Source of the DNA: Lama glama
Taxonomy: Eukaryota
DNA length: 64,000 nucleotides
NCBI GenBank assembly: GCA_028534125.1
Contig: CM052816.1
Coordinates: forward strand, 58,530,001 to 58,594,000
Direction: 5' to 3'
The notes beneath the pieces are model-generated. The model was not told the origin of the DNA, did not search any database, and worked only from the letters and a program-made list of their open reading frames with translations. This document shows positions 14,301 through 26,300 of this stretch, one piece after another (the first letter of the stretch is position 1; each line of letters opens with the position of its first letter). The position numbers and the translations under genes are program-made.

Positions 14301-17300
14301 AAAATGAGCTATTTAAGGGAGGTGAGGGGATGAGCAAAATAGATGAAAGGGATTAAGAGGTACTCAGTTATAAAATGAGTAAGTCACAGGGATAGGGATT
14401 TGTGGTAGTAACTTTGTATGGTGACAAACGGAAACTAGACTTAAGATGGTGATCATTTTGTAATTTATAGAAATAAATCACTGTTATATACCTGAAACTT
14501 ACTGTAAGTCAGTTATGCATCAACAAAATAAAAATAAGTTGTTTCTCTATCCCCAAGCATTTTTTTCTTCAGTTTCATTTTCAGTTCACAAATATGAAAG
14601 ATGAATCAAGTGAACATCAATTTACCCTTTTTTCTTTTTGTGGTACAACAAACCAAATATACCTAACATACAGCCTCAAATAAGGGGTATGTGTATACTG
14701 AAGTGACAATGGCTGTTATCCTAGATAATTATGTAAGATTTCTCAACCTAAAGGGGTCAGTCTGTTATCCTGGTTTATGATCTAGTTGATAATTTGCTTT
14801 TGTAAAAGAAACATTTCTTTCCAGCTTTAAGAAAAGCTGGCTAGCAAATCAGACCTTACTGTCCTCCAAATGAAGATCATAGATGGAATCCAGGTAGCCT
14901 GCATGCTGATCAACTGTAAGTCTAAAAGAATCTGGGCCCCAAAGTAGAAGGGATTGACGCTACATTTCATGAAACTAGGTATTATGTCTTGTTTATTGTA
15001 GTATCGCAATCTGCAAGTAGCATATAGTAGGTGCTAGATAGATATTTGTAGAACTTATTTGTGATATCCTGTTCAAAAACAGTTTTTAATGACATGATTG
15101 TGCAGTCTGAAAATAAACAAGGTGGTGTTCAATACCATTAATTCAGAAAGTTCACCATGGCTCTGAAGGTCTGGAATCACTTCTGCAGAGGACTTCATAT
15201 TTTGGAGAAACTGACAACTAAATACAAAAGTTAAAAGTTATAAAAATAGTTGTATGCAATTAAGCACTTGCATTAGGTCTTAAAAACACTGTTAGAGTTT
15301 TAATGGCGAAAATTAAGTATAAAATTAACATTCCCAGTGATTCTTTCTGTGTCATTAACAAGACATGTAGACTCTTGCTCTCAACAATAGAAATATAAAT
15401 GATTTATAAATTAATGTGGGGATAACCAGCAAATCTAGTGGAATGAGTGCATATTTAACACTCATCCATGAAACCAACTAAAATGAACCTAAAAAAAAAA
15501 TAGAGAAGACAATTCCATCTATGGATTCTGGAGCAATCACAAAAAGGACATTCATTAATAGAAAAATAGATGAAATCCAAATAAAGTCTGGTGTTGATAG
15601 TAATGTACCAATGTTGGTTTCTTAATTGTAACAAATGTACTGAGGTACTATAAGATGTTACTACTAGCAGAAAACAGAGTAGGAATATATGAACTGTCTG
15701 TATGATCTTTGCACCTTTTCTCTAAACCTAAAATTATTCCCAAATAAAAAAATTTATTTTAAAAAAGTCCATTAATATGAAGACAAGGATGGCTACAAAC
15801 ATACTCTCTAAAAACTATTTGCCAGACATCATGAACCTGGAACATAAATACTCTTTAAATTCAGGTATGATGTCCTCCCGAAGAACCAAGGGAGAACATT
15901 CTAAAGAGCTCTACCCACAATCATTAACTTGGATAGATGAGAACTATAAATGTCAGTAGGTAAATGAGAAAACTAGGAACAACTATCTTGGCTCATATTC
16001 ATGCTGCTGAATTACAGGAAAGCAGAAGATAAAGCAAGAAGACACTTCATTTTTATTTTCCTAGAAGATTGGGAGATGAGACCAGAAAGAGAAGGGTAGC
16101 TATGGGAAAAGAGCTAGTAGGACTTTCAATGCTTCTGTCCAAAGTTGCTATGTAGAGAGATCCATCAAGGAAAAGGACTCTGAAGGAAGGTGAAAATAAA
16201 GACTTTTCCATACAAATAAAGCCAATACAGTTATTTGCCAGCAGACCTGCACTACAAAAATTGTTCAAGGAAGTTCTTCAGTTAAAAAGAAAATCACAGA
16301 TGGAAACTTGGTTGCACCCAAAGGAATGAAGAGTGCGAGGGATGGTGACTAAATGGGTAAATATGAAATTATTTTTTCACTTTAAAAAACTATTTAAAAG
16401 ATAGTTGTTTAAAGCAAATTTATAACACTATATTGTGAGATTTAGAATGTATGTGGACGTAAAGTGCATGACAACAATAGCACAAAGGATAGGAGAGGGA
16501 AATAGAAGAAAAATGTTACAGTATTATCTGAAGATGACTGTGATATGTTAAACATGCATTATGTAAATTGTAGAGCAGGCACTAAGAAGACAAAGATGTA
16601 TAGCTGATAAGCCAACAATAGAGATACAATGGAATACTAAAAGATGCCCAAATGCAAGTGAGAAAAAAAAGAAACATAAGAATAGATCAGATGAATAGAA
16701 AACAAATAGCAAAACAGTTTATTTAAGTCCAGTCATATCAATAATTACATCAAATGTAAATGTTCTAAACACTCCCACTAGAAAGCAGATACTGTTGGAC
16801 TGTTAAAAAAACAAGACCCAACTGTATTGCCTACAAGAAACTCACTTTAAATATAAAGTCATAGATAAAAGTAAAATGATTTCAAAAAAGATAGTACCAT
16901 GTAAAACTATTCATAGAAAAGTAGAGTGATATATTAATGTCAAATAAAGACTTAAGAATAAGGAGCACTATGAAGAATAAATGGGGACATTTCATATATT
17001 CTCTGCATATGAAAGAGAAAAGGGCAAAGAATAGCCAAGATCTGCTCCTGAAGAAAAAGAACAAAGGAATTTTATGATAAAGTATGAAAATATGCTTAAC
17101 ATTATTAGTAATTAGATTGATAAAATTTCGGCAATGTTAAGTTAGTGAGGAAGCAGGTAGAATGGAAATATCTATGCTAGTGGAAATATAAATTAGTATA
17201 ATCACTTTGAAGAAAGTTTTGCAAAATCTAGTAAAGTTAAATATGTGCAAACCCTATTACTCTGAAAGTCCATCGTTGGTTATGTATCCTAGAGGAACAC

Positions 17301-20300
17301 ACATGAGCACTGGGAATCATGTATAACAGTGTCCACGTGGTATTAATTAAATTGCAACCCTCTGAAAACAATGTAGATGTTGAATCAAGAATAGAATGGA
17401 TAAATTATATACTCATAAAGTAATATACAATATAGCAGTGAAAAAAGTGAACTACAGCTTTACACATAATTATGAATGAGTCTCAAAAACATTGTGGAGT
17501 AAAATAAGCCAATCACAGAAGAACCATGTAGTATGCTTCCATTTATTTGAACTTCAAGAATAGACAAAGTTAAATATGTTTATATATGTAGATGGTAAAA
17601 CCACTAAGAGAGGAAGGAACAATTAACCCAAAATTCAGGATCATGTTTACCTCTGGATTGGAGGAACAAGGATATAATTAGAATTGGGGATGCTAAGGCC
17701 TTGGTAATATTCAATTTCTTTTTTTAAAACAACTTTATTGTGGTATAATTTCTGTACAGTAAACTACACATATTTCAGATATACAATTTGATGAATTTTG
17801 ATAGATGTATACACCCATGAAACCACCACTATAATCAAGATACCTAGCATTTCCATCACTCCCCAAGAGGTGCAAATTTTTAACTCCAAATTTATCTCTT
17901 CCCATTTCCTATACCCCCTGGTAACCATAAGTTTGTTGTCTATTCAATTTCTTAATTTTAGTGGTGGGTTCATTGGTTTCTTTTGTTGATTGTTCTTTAA
18001 ATCATACCATAAATATTTTAGGTACTCCTTTAACAGCATCCTACTTTGCAGTTTTAAAAAAGGGGCAGAAGAATAAAAAGCCACACAAAAAAGGAGTTTA
18101 TCAATTCCAGAAAAGGTTCTAAATAAAATAAGACTGCATCCTAGCTTATTTTTCCAAGAATTAAGAATACTCTCTTCACTGTTTAACAATTTACTAAGTA
18201 GTAAATCCAAGTAAGAAAGAAAAAAAGCAACTACTTTTGTCAAAACCCCTTTAAAACTGTATCCTCTTTAGAATCTTAGAATTAGATAGAAGTATTTAAG
18301 ATCCGTTTGTATTAATATTTATTTTTATAAAGACTCTTACTGCTTACAAAGTGAAAAGAACAAATTTCTTCTTACAGTTGAACATTTCTGAAGAGTTTGG
18401 TCATGAAAAATAAGCAAAAAAAGAAAGAAAGAAAGAAAAACGATTGAAGTTCCACAGAAAAGAAACATTAAAAAATAACCATTTCTTCATGAAACTTTAG
18501 AACACTAGAAACAAACAAAATCCTAAATGTTCCCAAGATGGGAAAAAGTAGTTTGCAATCAAAGAATTAAAAATCAGAAAGGCATGGAACTTCAACAGCA
18601 ACTTTGGAAGCTATTAGAAAATGTAGCAATGTCTCTACAATTTAGAATTAGAATGACTTCCTAGTTAGAATTCTATACCTAGCTAAACTATCAAAGAATT
18701 GTGAGGGGGAAATATACACACACACACACACACATTCAGATATATGCATTAAATGGAAGCTAAAAACATGTATGTCTTTTGCAGTCTTTCCCAGGGAACT
18801 GTGGAGGAATGTTCTACCAAGGTGAGTCAATAAACCAAGAAGAGGATGACAATAGATCCAGGAAAGAGAAGCTACAACACAGGAGAGAGGCGATAGAAAT
18901 CCCTATTGACCGTGAAGAATGTTCCCAGGCTTCTAGGTTGACTGTAGGACAAGTAGTTCATATTGAAACAAGTCAGAGACTTCAGGACAGACTCCTTCAA
19001 GAAAATAAAAGTACTGGGATATGTTACATGTCTGAATGACTGGAGAGGAGATTTAAACATTTGGGAGAGTTTGAAAATGACATGGTGCTAAATAGATTTT
19101 TAAAACTAAGCAAATGGCTGTATTTTTAAAACAGGAAAATAATGTCAAGGAGATGGAGAAACTGACATACATATGTACATACATATATACACATACATAT
19201 ATACATGTATCTCAGCCATAAAAAAAAGGATGAAGTACTGATACATGCTACAACATGGATGAACCTCAAAACATTGTGCTAAGTGACGTCAGATATAAAT
19301 GGAAGCATACAGTATGACCTTTTGTATGAAATATCCAGAAAAGGTAAACCTGTAGAGACAGAAAGATGATGGTTCTAAAAAGCTAGGGTGCAGTGGGGAG
19401 ATAAGGAGTGAGTGCTTAATGGGTACAGTTTTCTTTTGGGGTCATGAAAATATTTTGTAATTAGATAGAGGGAGTGGTTGAAGAACACTGTGCATGTACT
19501 AAATGCCACTGGACTGTGCACTTTAAAATAGTTTATATGTGTGAATTTCACCTCAAAAACCAAAAAACTAAGCAAACATGCTAATAAGCAAGACAATTAT
19601 TCCTACAAAATACTGGAAGTTGCACAGGGATGGATGATAAATCATAATTTACTACTGAGCTCAGCATTTATGAAGTCATAATAATGTAAACATGTAATGT
19701 GAAAATAATGATCTCACCAAAACTGTGCTGTAACTACAGTGAGAGCAAGGTTAGATGGGAAGGGTATCATGAGAGCAAGAGATAAAAGGGATGACAGAGA
19801 TAAAGAGTCATCCTTCATCACAGGAATCTGAGGGGTGGGTGCAAACTTAGGAAGATAAAATGAGGGGGAAATTGTTCAAGTACATCCAAATTTATAGACA
19901 CTAAACATTCATTCTACTCACTTGGGAAAACATCTGGTGTGTTGTTCTAATAGGTCATCACCTTCCTCCCACTTCTTCAAACATCCTCCACAGGAAAAAC
20001 ACTGGACAGTGTCCTTTATACCTAAAAGTAAGGAAATTTTATCAGTGCCACTGGCAAGTGTATTTGTCAAATGACACAGATAATAACCACCAGGCCTTTA
20101 TTAGCAAAACCCTACTTGCTGTTTCAATCAGATTTTGTGACTAAGTCACAAACTGGGTCCCCAGTGAGGCAGTATTCTATACAGGACTCCTCTCACCAAT
20201 GGGGTAATGAACAAATATCAGTGAATACCCTTATGTACCATGCACATCGATGAACACCCTCTGCCTGTCCCATCCTCATTCTATAGAGCCAGAGACTTGC

Positions 20301-23300
20301 AAGTCAGAATGTGGTACTGAAGCTCCATGAAGGAAGAGATTTTTGCCTGTTTTGCTCCTAATGACTCTCATGGGCCTAGAAGAGTGCCTAGCACTAATTA
20401 GGCACTCAGTAAGTATTTGTTTAATGAACAAATCAGAAATATACTTGGAGCTCAGGAAAATATATATGAGCAAATGTAGCAGCCCTCCTAAGTAAGTTCA
20501 TGAAGAATCAAATGCCTCTTACTACATTATTGCCAGGTCTCTTCCACTAGAAGTAGGATCAAGTCTTCTCATTAGACTGTTTCTTTGGAAGGAAATTAGC
20601 ATTTGGATCTACTGAAGGATTGAACTAGAAATGGAAAATCCATCATCTTCCTTCTACCCTTGGACCTCTGTAGACATTGTAAAGCCAGAGCAGAGGAAAA
20701 CTTCCCTTTGTGTCTGGACAAAAATAGGAGGTCCTGGAGCTTGCAAGACCCCAAAAGCGTCAGATGATCAGGATTTGTGGGGAGAAGTGGAAGTTCAAAA
20801 AGAAAGAGGGTGAGGACACTGGACAGAGGGTCCTTGAGGAAGGCTGACAAAAGGAAGACAGAATAGAATGAGTAGGAAGAAAGGGTGGAACAGTGACTTT
20901 CCAAATGCTTAAGACTGTGAGGCATTAAGGTTTTTTTGTACCAATGGAATATACCTGTTGGTTAAAGTGAACACTCTGATATCTGTGACTTGACCTCTCA
21001 GTAAAAGGTCCACATGGACTTCCACTGTAACTCAGTGTGTTTGGTCTGAAGGCGGCCTGCAGCGTACCCAGGAAGGACATACTTGCTTTATTGTACCTCA
21101 GGCAGAGATTTAGCTGAGGCGAACCAGCCCTCCGCTGAATCCACTCTTTGTGGATTACAGAGTGGAACTCCTTGAGGACCAGCAGCTAAAGAGAATACTA
21201 GGAACTGACCAAAGATTCTACATGCTTAGGAATCATAAAAAGGAATCTCCTTATTTTCTCTTCCAAGGAGAATGTGGCAAAGACTGTTATCCACAGTCCT
21301 GGTATCTCTCATTCTTCCAAAGTAACAGAAACCCCGATTTTTTTCTGGGTACATTGCCACCCAGACAGATTAAACTCCCAGCTCCTCTTATAGTTAGGCA
21401 TGGCATCTGACTACTAAGTTCCGGTTAGAGATAGAAACCGAAGAATCATGTGACAGTTTCCAGAGGCGTGGGGTGGGAAGAGGTGGTGGAGACTTAAGTG
21501 TAGAAACTAGAAGACCTGATAATTACCCCAAACAGAACTCTTGTATTTGTTAGCCCAGATCTTAAGTTTTCAAGTTTGGAGCTTCACTACCTAAGGGAGG
21601 TGTGGAAAACTGGGAGAAGATTTATGGAACAGAGAGGAAAAGGGATAGATAAGGAATAATGAAAGGAGTGAAGATTGTTGAGTCCAGCTAAATACAAGTC
21701 CGGGATCATGAAGTGCCTGTAGGGTTTGAGTGAGCAGCAAGGCAAAAGCGTGAGGCAAACTGCTGACTCACCTGTGTAGAAAAAACCTGCTTTGGTCAGA
21801 GCTGCAGCTCCCACAGGGGATGCCTGGGGCCAGTTCTTAAAAGAGTCCAGTCGGAGTTCTTCATTAGCAAAGATGCTGCCATTGCAATAAGCTTGAATAA
21901 AAGGCATATGGTGAAACCAGCAAGCTTTGATATTACAAGTATCAGTGTTCAAGTTATCCCTTCATATTTACAGATAGGATGACAGATGACTTACGGAGTT
22001 TACGTCAATATAATTGGAGGAGGGGGTTCAAAAAGAAAGGGGTATAGATGAAGCCAGATTAACCATGTGTTAAATTGCTGAAGCAGAATGGAGGCTACAT
22101 GGTGGGTATTTACTATTGTCTTATTTCTGTGTGTATTCAAAATTTTCCCTAATATTTTAAAATTATCTTTCCATTATATAGCATCAGAATAAAGCAAGAA
22201 AAAGCTAGCTAGAGGAGCTTCCCCTCGTCCCCAAGTTAGTATCAAGATTTGAGAAAGACAAATTTTTCTTGTAGTTCCCTTAAAAGCAGGAAGATTTATT
22301 TCTTGCCCTTTGGGTGTCCACTATTTGGGGGTGGTCTCCACTAGACATTCCATGTTAGGCTGGCTCTGGGGTTTGGTTCCTGTCTTCTGTACCCCATGAG
22401 AATTTGAAAATTAAACTGGTATTAATTAAATGTTAATAAATTTATGTACTGCAAATTTCCTTAAGATGAAAGCTTGCTTCAATATTCCACTTAACCTCAG
22501 CTTCTTTTTAATGTCACTTCATTTAAATGTCACTTCATTTTTAATTTGAGTATTACTTCATGTACTGGAAAAATCTCAGTCTTTTCCTCCTGTGTGTCTA
22601 CTTTACTCTCACTCACACTGCTATCACATTCACAATACTTGTGGTACCAGATGTGAGGGGGGTTCCCCCACCTAAGCAATTCTCTGTGACACCAGCTGGA
22701 TGTCCTACAATTTAACTCAATTCTGACACTATCTCCCTGGAGATAGCATCAGATCCTACAGGTTAAGGGTCCAATCCTACAAGACTGCTCCACCCTCCAC
22801 TTCATTTGTTAAAGTGGCTCGGAGAACTCAGGGAAACACTTACGTTTACCATGATAAAGGGTAGAAATGAACAGCCAGATGAACTGGCTAATAGGGGGAG
22901 GTCTGAGGGAAGGTCCAGAGCACAGGGCTTTTGTCCCTATGGAGCTGGGGTGCATCACACTCCAGGTGTCAGTATGTTCACTCACCTGGAGGCTCCTGGA
23001 ACCCTGTTTCATTGGGATTTGTATGGAAGTCTCCTCACGTAGGCATGATCAATCATTAACTCCACTTACAGCCCCTCTTCTTTCTCTGGAGAATGAGGGT
23101 GGGGCTGAAAATTCCAAGCTTCTAATCATGGCTTGGACTCTCTGGTGACCAGCCCCCATCCAGGAGCCCACCCAGAGTCACCTCATTAGGAACCAAAGAT
23201 GCTCCTAGTGCTTTTATCACTTAGGAGTTTACAAGGACTTTAAGAGCCCTGTGTCAGGGACAGGGTCAAAGACCAAATATTAGAACAGGAGACTCTCCTA

Positions 23301-26300
23301 GTTTTCTTATCACATAGGATTTACATGGGTTTTATGAGCTCTGTGCCTGGAACCGGGGGCAGAGACCAGTGTATATTTTCTATTATCTCATATTTAATTT
23401 CTTAACAGACACTGATCTATTTGTTTTCAAAACCATTTTATCCAGAAACTTTAATTGTTTTAAGAGAAATATCAGTCAAGGACCCAACCCTGCCCTATTT
23501 CCTTCTGCTCATTTATGTTAAAAAACTAAGTCACTCCAGGAGACCAGAAATCTCTAATGAAATGTTGTGTTGTTGTTGTTTTGTTTTGTTTTTTTAATTC
23601 TGAGGCACGAGGAGGAAAATGGAAGGGTTAAAAAAAAGATTAGGACAAAAAAAAAGCAAAAGAAGAAATAAATAAGCAAAGCCTTTTAAAATATTTCTGA
23701 GTCTCTACCTGATGCCATTGGTAAAGCTCTCTTGATCCAGGAATTCACAAAATGTTCTCCCTGAAGAAAATTAAAATTCAAGTTACCATACAAACTATTG
23801 TATATAAAATAAATAAACTACAAGGATAAATTGTGCAGATAGGGAACATAGCCAATTCTTTATAATAACTAGAAATGGAGTATAACCTTTAAAAATTGTG
23901 AATCACTGTGTTATACACCTGAAACTGATATAATATTGTACATCAGCTATATCTCAATTAAAAAAAAAACTCAACTTATCAACTGTTTGACTTGGAGAAT
24001 ACAACTACCTACGTATAAAAATTAAAAGAACTTCCTCCTTCACCCCCTGCCCCAAAATGAAGAGCTTCATTGGATTGAGTGGCAGGGTTGTTAGAGAATC
24101 CTTCAATTACTATTTATATCCATGTTGGAATTTTTAAAATGCAGATTAAATGAAAAAAATTATGAATAATTATTTATACTCAACAGGAAGATTTCTTGGG
24201 GTCAAGTCACTTTTTCTAGAGATGTAGCTCAAAAGCTGAGTTATATTTAGATATCACAGAGGTACTTTGACTAGTGAGGAAGACAAGATACAGGAAGGAA
24301 ACTGGATTCAGAGGGTGGTTAGATATTGAGCAATTGTTCCTTCTCTGATAACTGTACCCAGATTTCTTTCTGAGGTAACACTCCTCCCCCACTTTCAAGC
24401 AGCCATATTCTCTGCAGGGTTCTCATCTGAGTCATGTTACCCAACAAATGCCCTTACACCCCGTTTATTTTTTTGTTTTTGTTTTTTTGCATAAACCAAT
24501 TTAAGTTGGGTTTTCCATCACCTGCCACTAGGGGAGCCTTACTGATGGAGCATAGAGTAACCAGCTCTGAGGCCCGTAGTGGGCAGTCATGCAGTGTTCC
24601 GAACGTCTCAGGCAGGCACTCAGATGGGGGCAGCCAAGGGAACCCAAGGGAGGTGGCCTCGGTCAAAGAGGGGAAGACACTCAGGAAGGCAGACAGATAA
24701 TCAAAGGCAGCCCTGGAAAAAATTCCAAGGGCTCTAGTTTAGCAAGAGAATCTAAATTTCTTCACTCTGCCTCATGAGAGGCAGGGGAAGAAAATAGGGA
24801 AAGAAGAAAGAAAAAGAGCCCATGACAAAAGAGGAATGCCACCCCCTTCTCATTCAGATATTAGTAGGTAATCAAAAGCCAAATTAAAAAAAAATCTCTT
24901 GTTATAAATTACCGTGACGCCAACAAATCCCTTGTAGCTTTGAATATACTGGATGATTTCCTCTGAGGTTTTCTTACATTGAAGAAATTCACATCTATAA
25001 TTAATAAACAGAATTAAAATTTACCCCAATACTGTGAGAGAAATAGCCTATATTTCCTAACTGCAGTGATGGTTACACCATGAACATTTGTTAAAACTTA
25101 CTGCATTGTATACTTTAAACTGCTCAATTTTATTTTGATACAACTGTCAAAAATTTACCCCCAAACTTATGAGAATTATCATTATTCTCATTATTATTTC
25201 CATGAATGACAACATGTGTAATAATGTAAAATTAAATCTTCAGATTATCTTTTCTCTTGAAATAAAATATAATACAATCAAAGAGACTGATTTACAATAA
25301 TATATAGAATGGAGCTTTTTTGTTTGTTAAACTATGGTGACTAAATCTAGTTCCTCTGGTTATATGAAAGTTATTGGCAGTAAGAACAAATAATAGTAAA
25401 TTTCATCTACTGAACACAATACATCACTACTCCTTAAAAAGAAAATGGAAATTAATAAGTTGAATTTTTTAAAAAGAGCATATTGAATACATTAAAGAAA
25501 CACAATCCTTTCCTCAAAAGAGAAGCAAGTTTTAAGTTAACTTTTAAAAAATCCCTCTCATTCAAATTTAAGTTTCCTCTCTAGCGGTGTTATATTAACA
25601 AGGGGCTGGGAGTCAAGTCCAGAATGTCAGTTCCAGTTCTGCCACTAATGGGGAAGTGATCCATCTTGCCTCTGTTCTCTCGTAGTCCCATGAAAAAATG
25701 CACTCCATCAGATGATTCATACATTTCTCCAGGGCCACCATTCTCAGCAGCTGAGGTCCCGTTTTTGGGTATACAGAGCCCTCCAAAGAGTGCCCTAAAT
25801 CTGTACATAACCTACCAAGCACATGAGGGATGGGCCTGTGCCCTCCCCATATGCTTCATGTGGACTGAGAAAGCACTCAACATGTACTACTTACTTTCTT
25901 TAAAAATTACAACAAAATCAGCATATTTTATTAATTTACAGTTATTTAGTACCTTAGTTGAGTACTACATTTTAGAAAGTATAGGTGTATACAGTTTATA
26001 AAAACAGCAACAAAGCCATACTATCAAATTGACATCCAAACAGCTAAGGTTAGATTCTGAGTTCTAATTCCAGCTCTGAAATGTATTGGCTAACCATGCG
26101 CTTATGATGACAGACAGACGAAAGGTGGAACAGGCATCTTCTGAGACAGGTGCCCAAGAGCCATGACTATGGAGCCAAGGCTGGTACTCACGTGGTACAT
26201 ACCCATGTGGTACACTGTCAACACTAAGTATACTGGTGTCTTTTCTGATTGGTCGAAGAACCAGAATGACATTCAAACTATATAACAAGCTGGCTTCACG

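Noticed and set aside
22509..22540. Short tandem duplications (aatgtcacttcattt x2 here; aaatctaaaatgaatt x2 at ~40205-40236) and microsatellites
   Set aside because: Ordinary slippage products; no spacer structure, so not CRISPR-like
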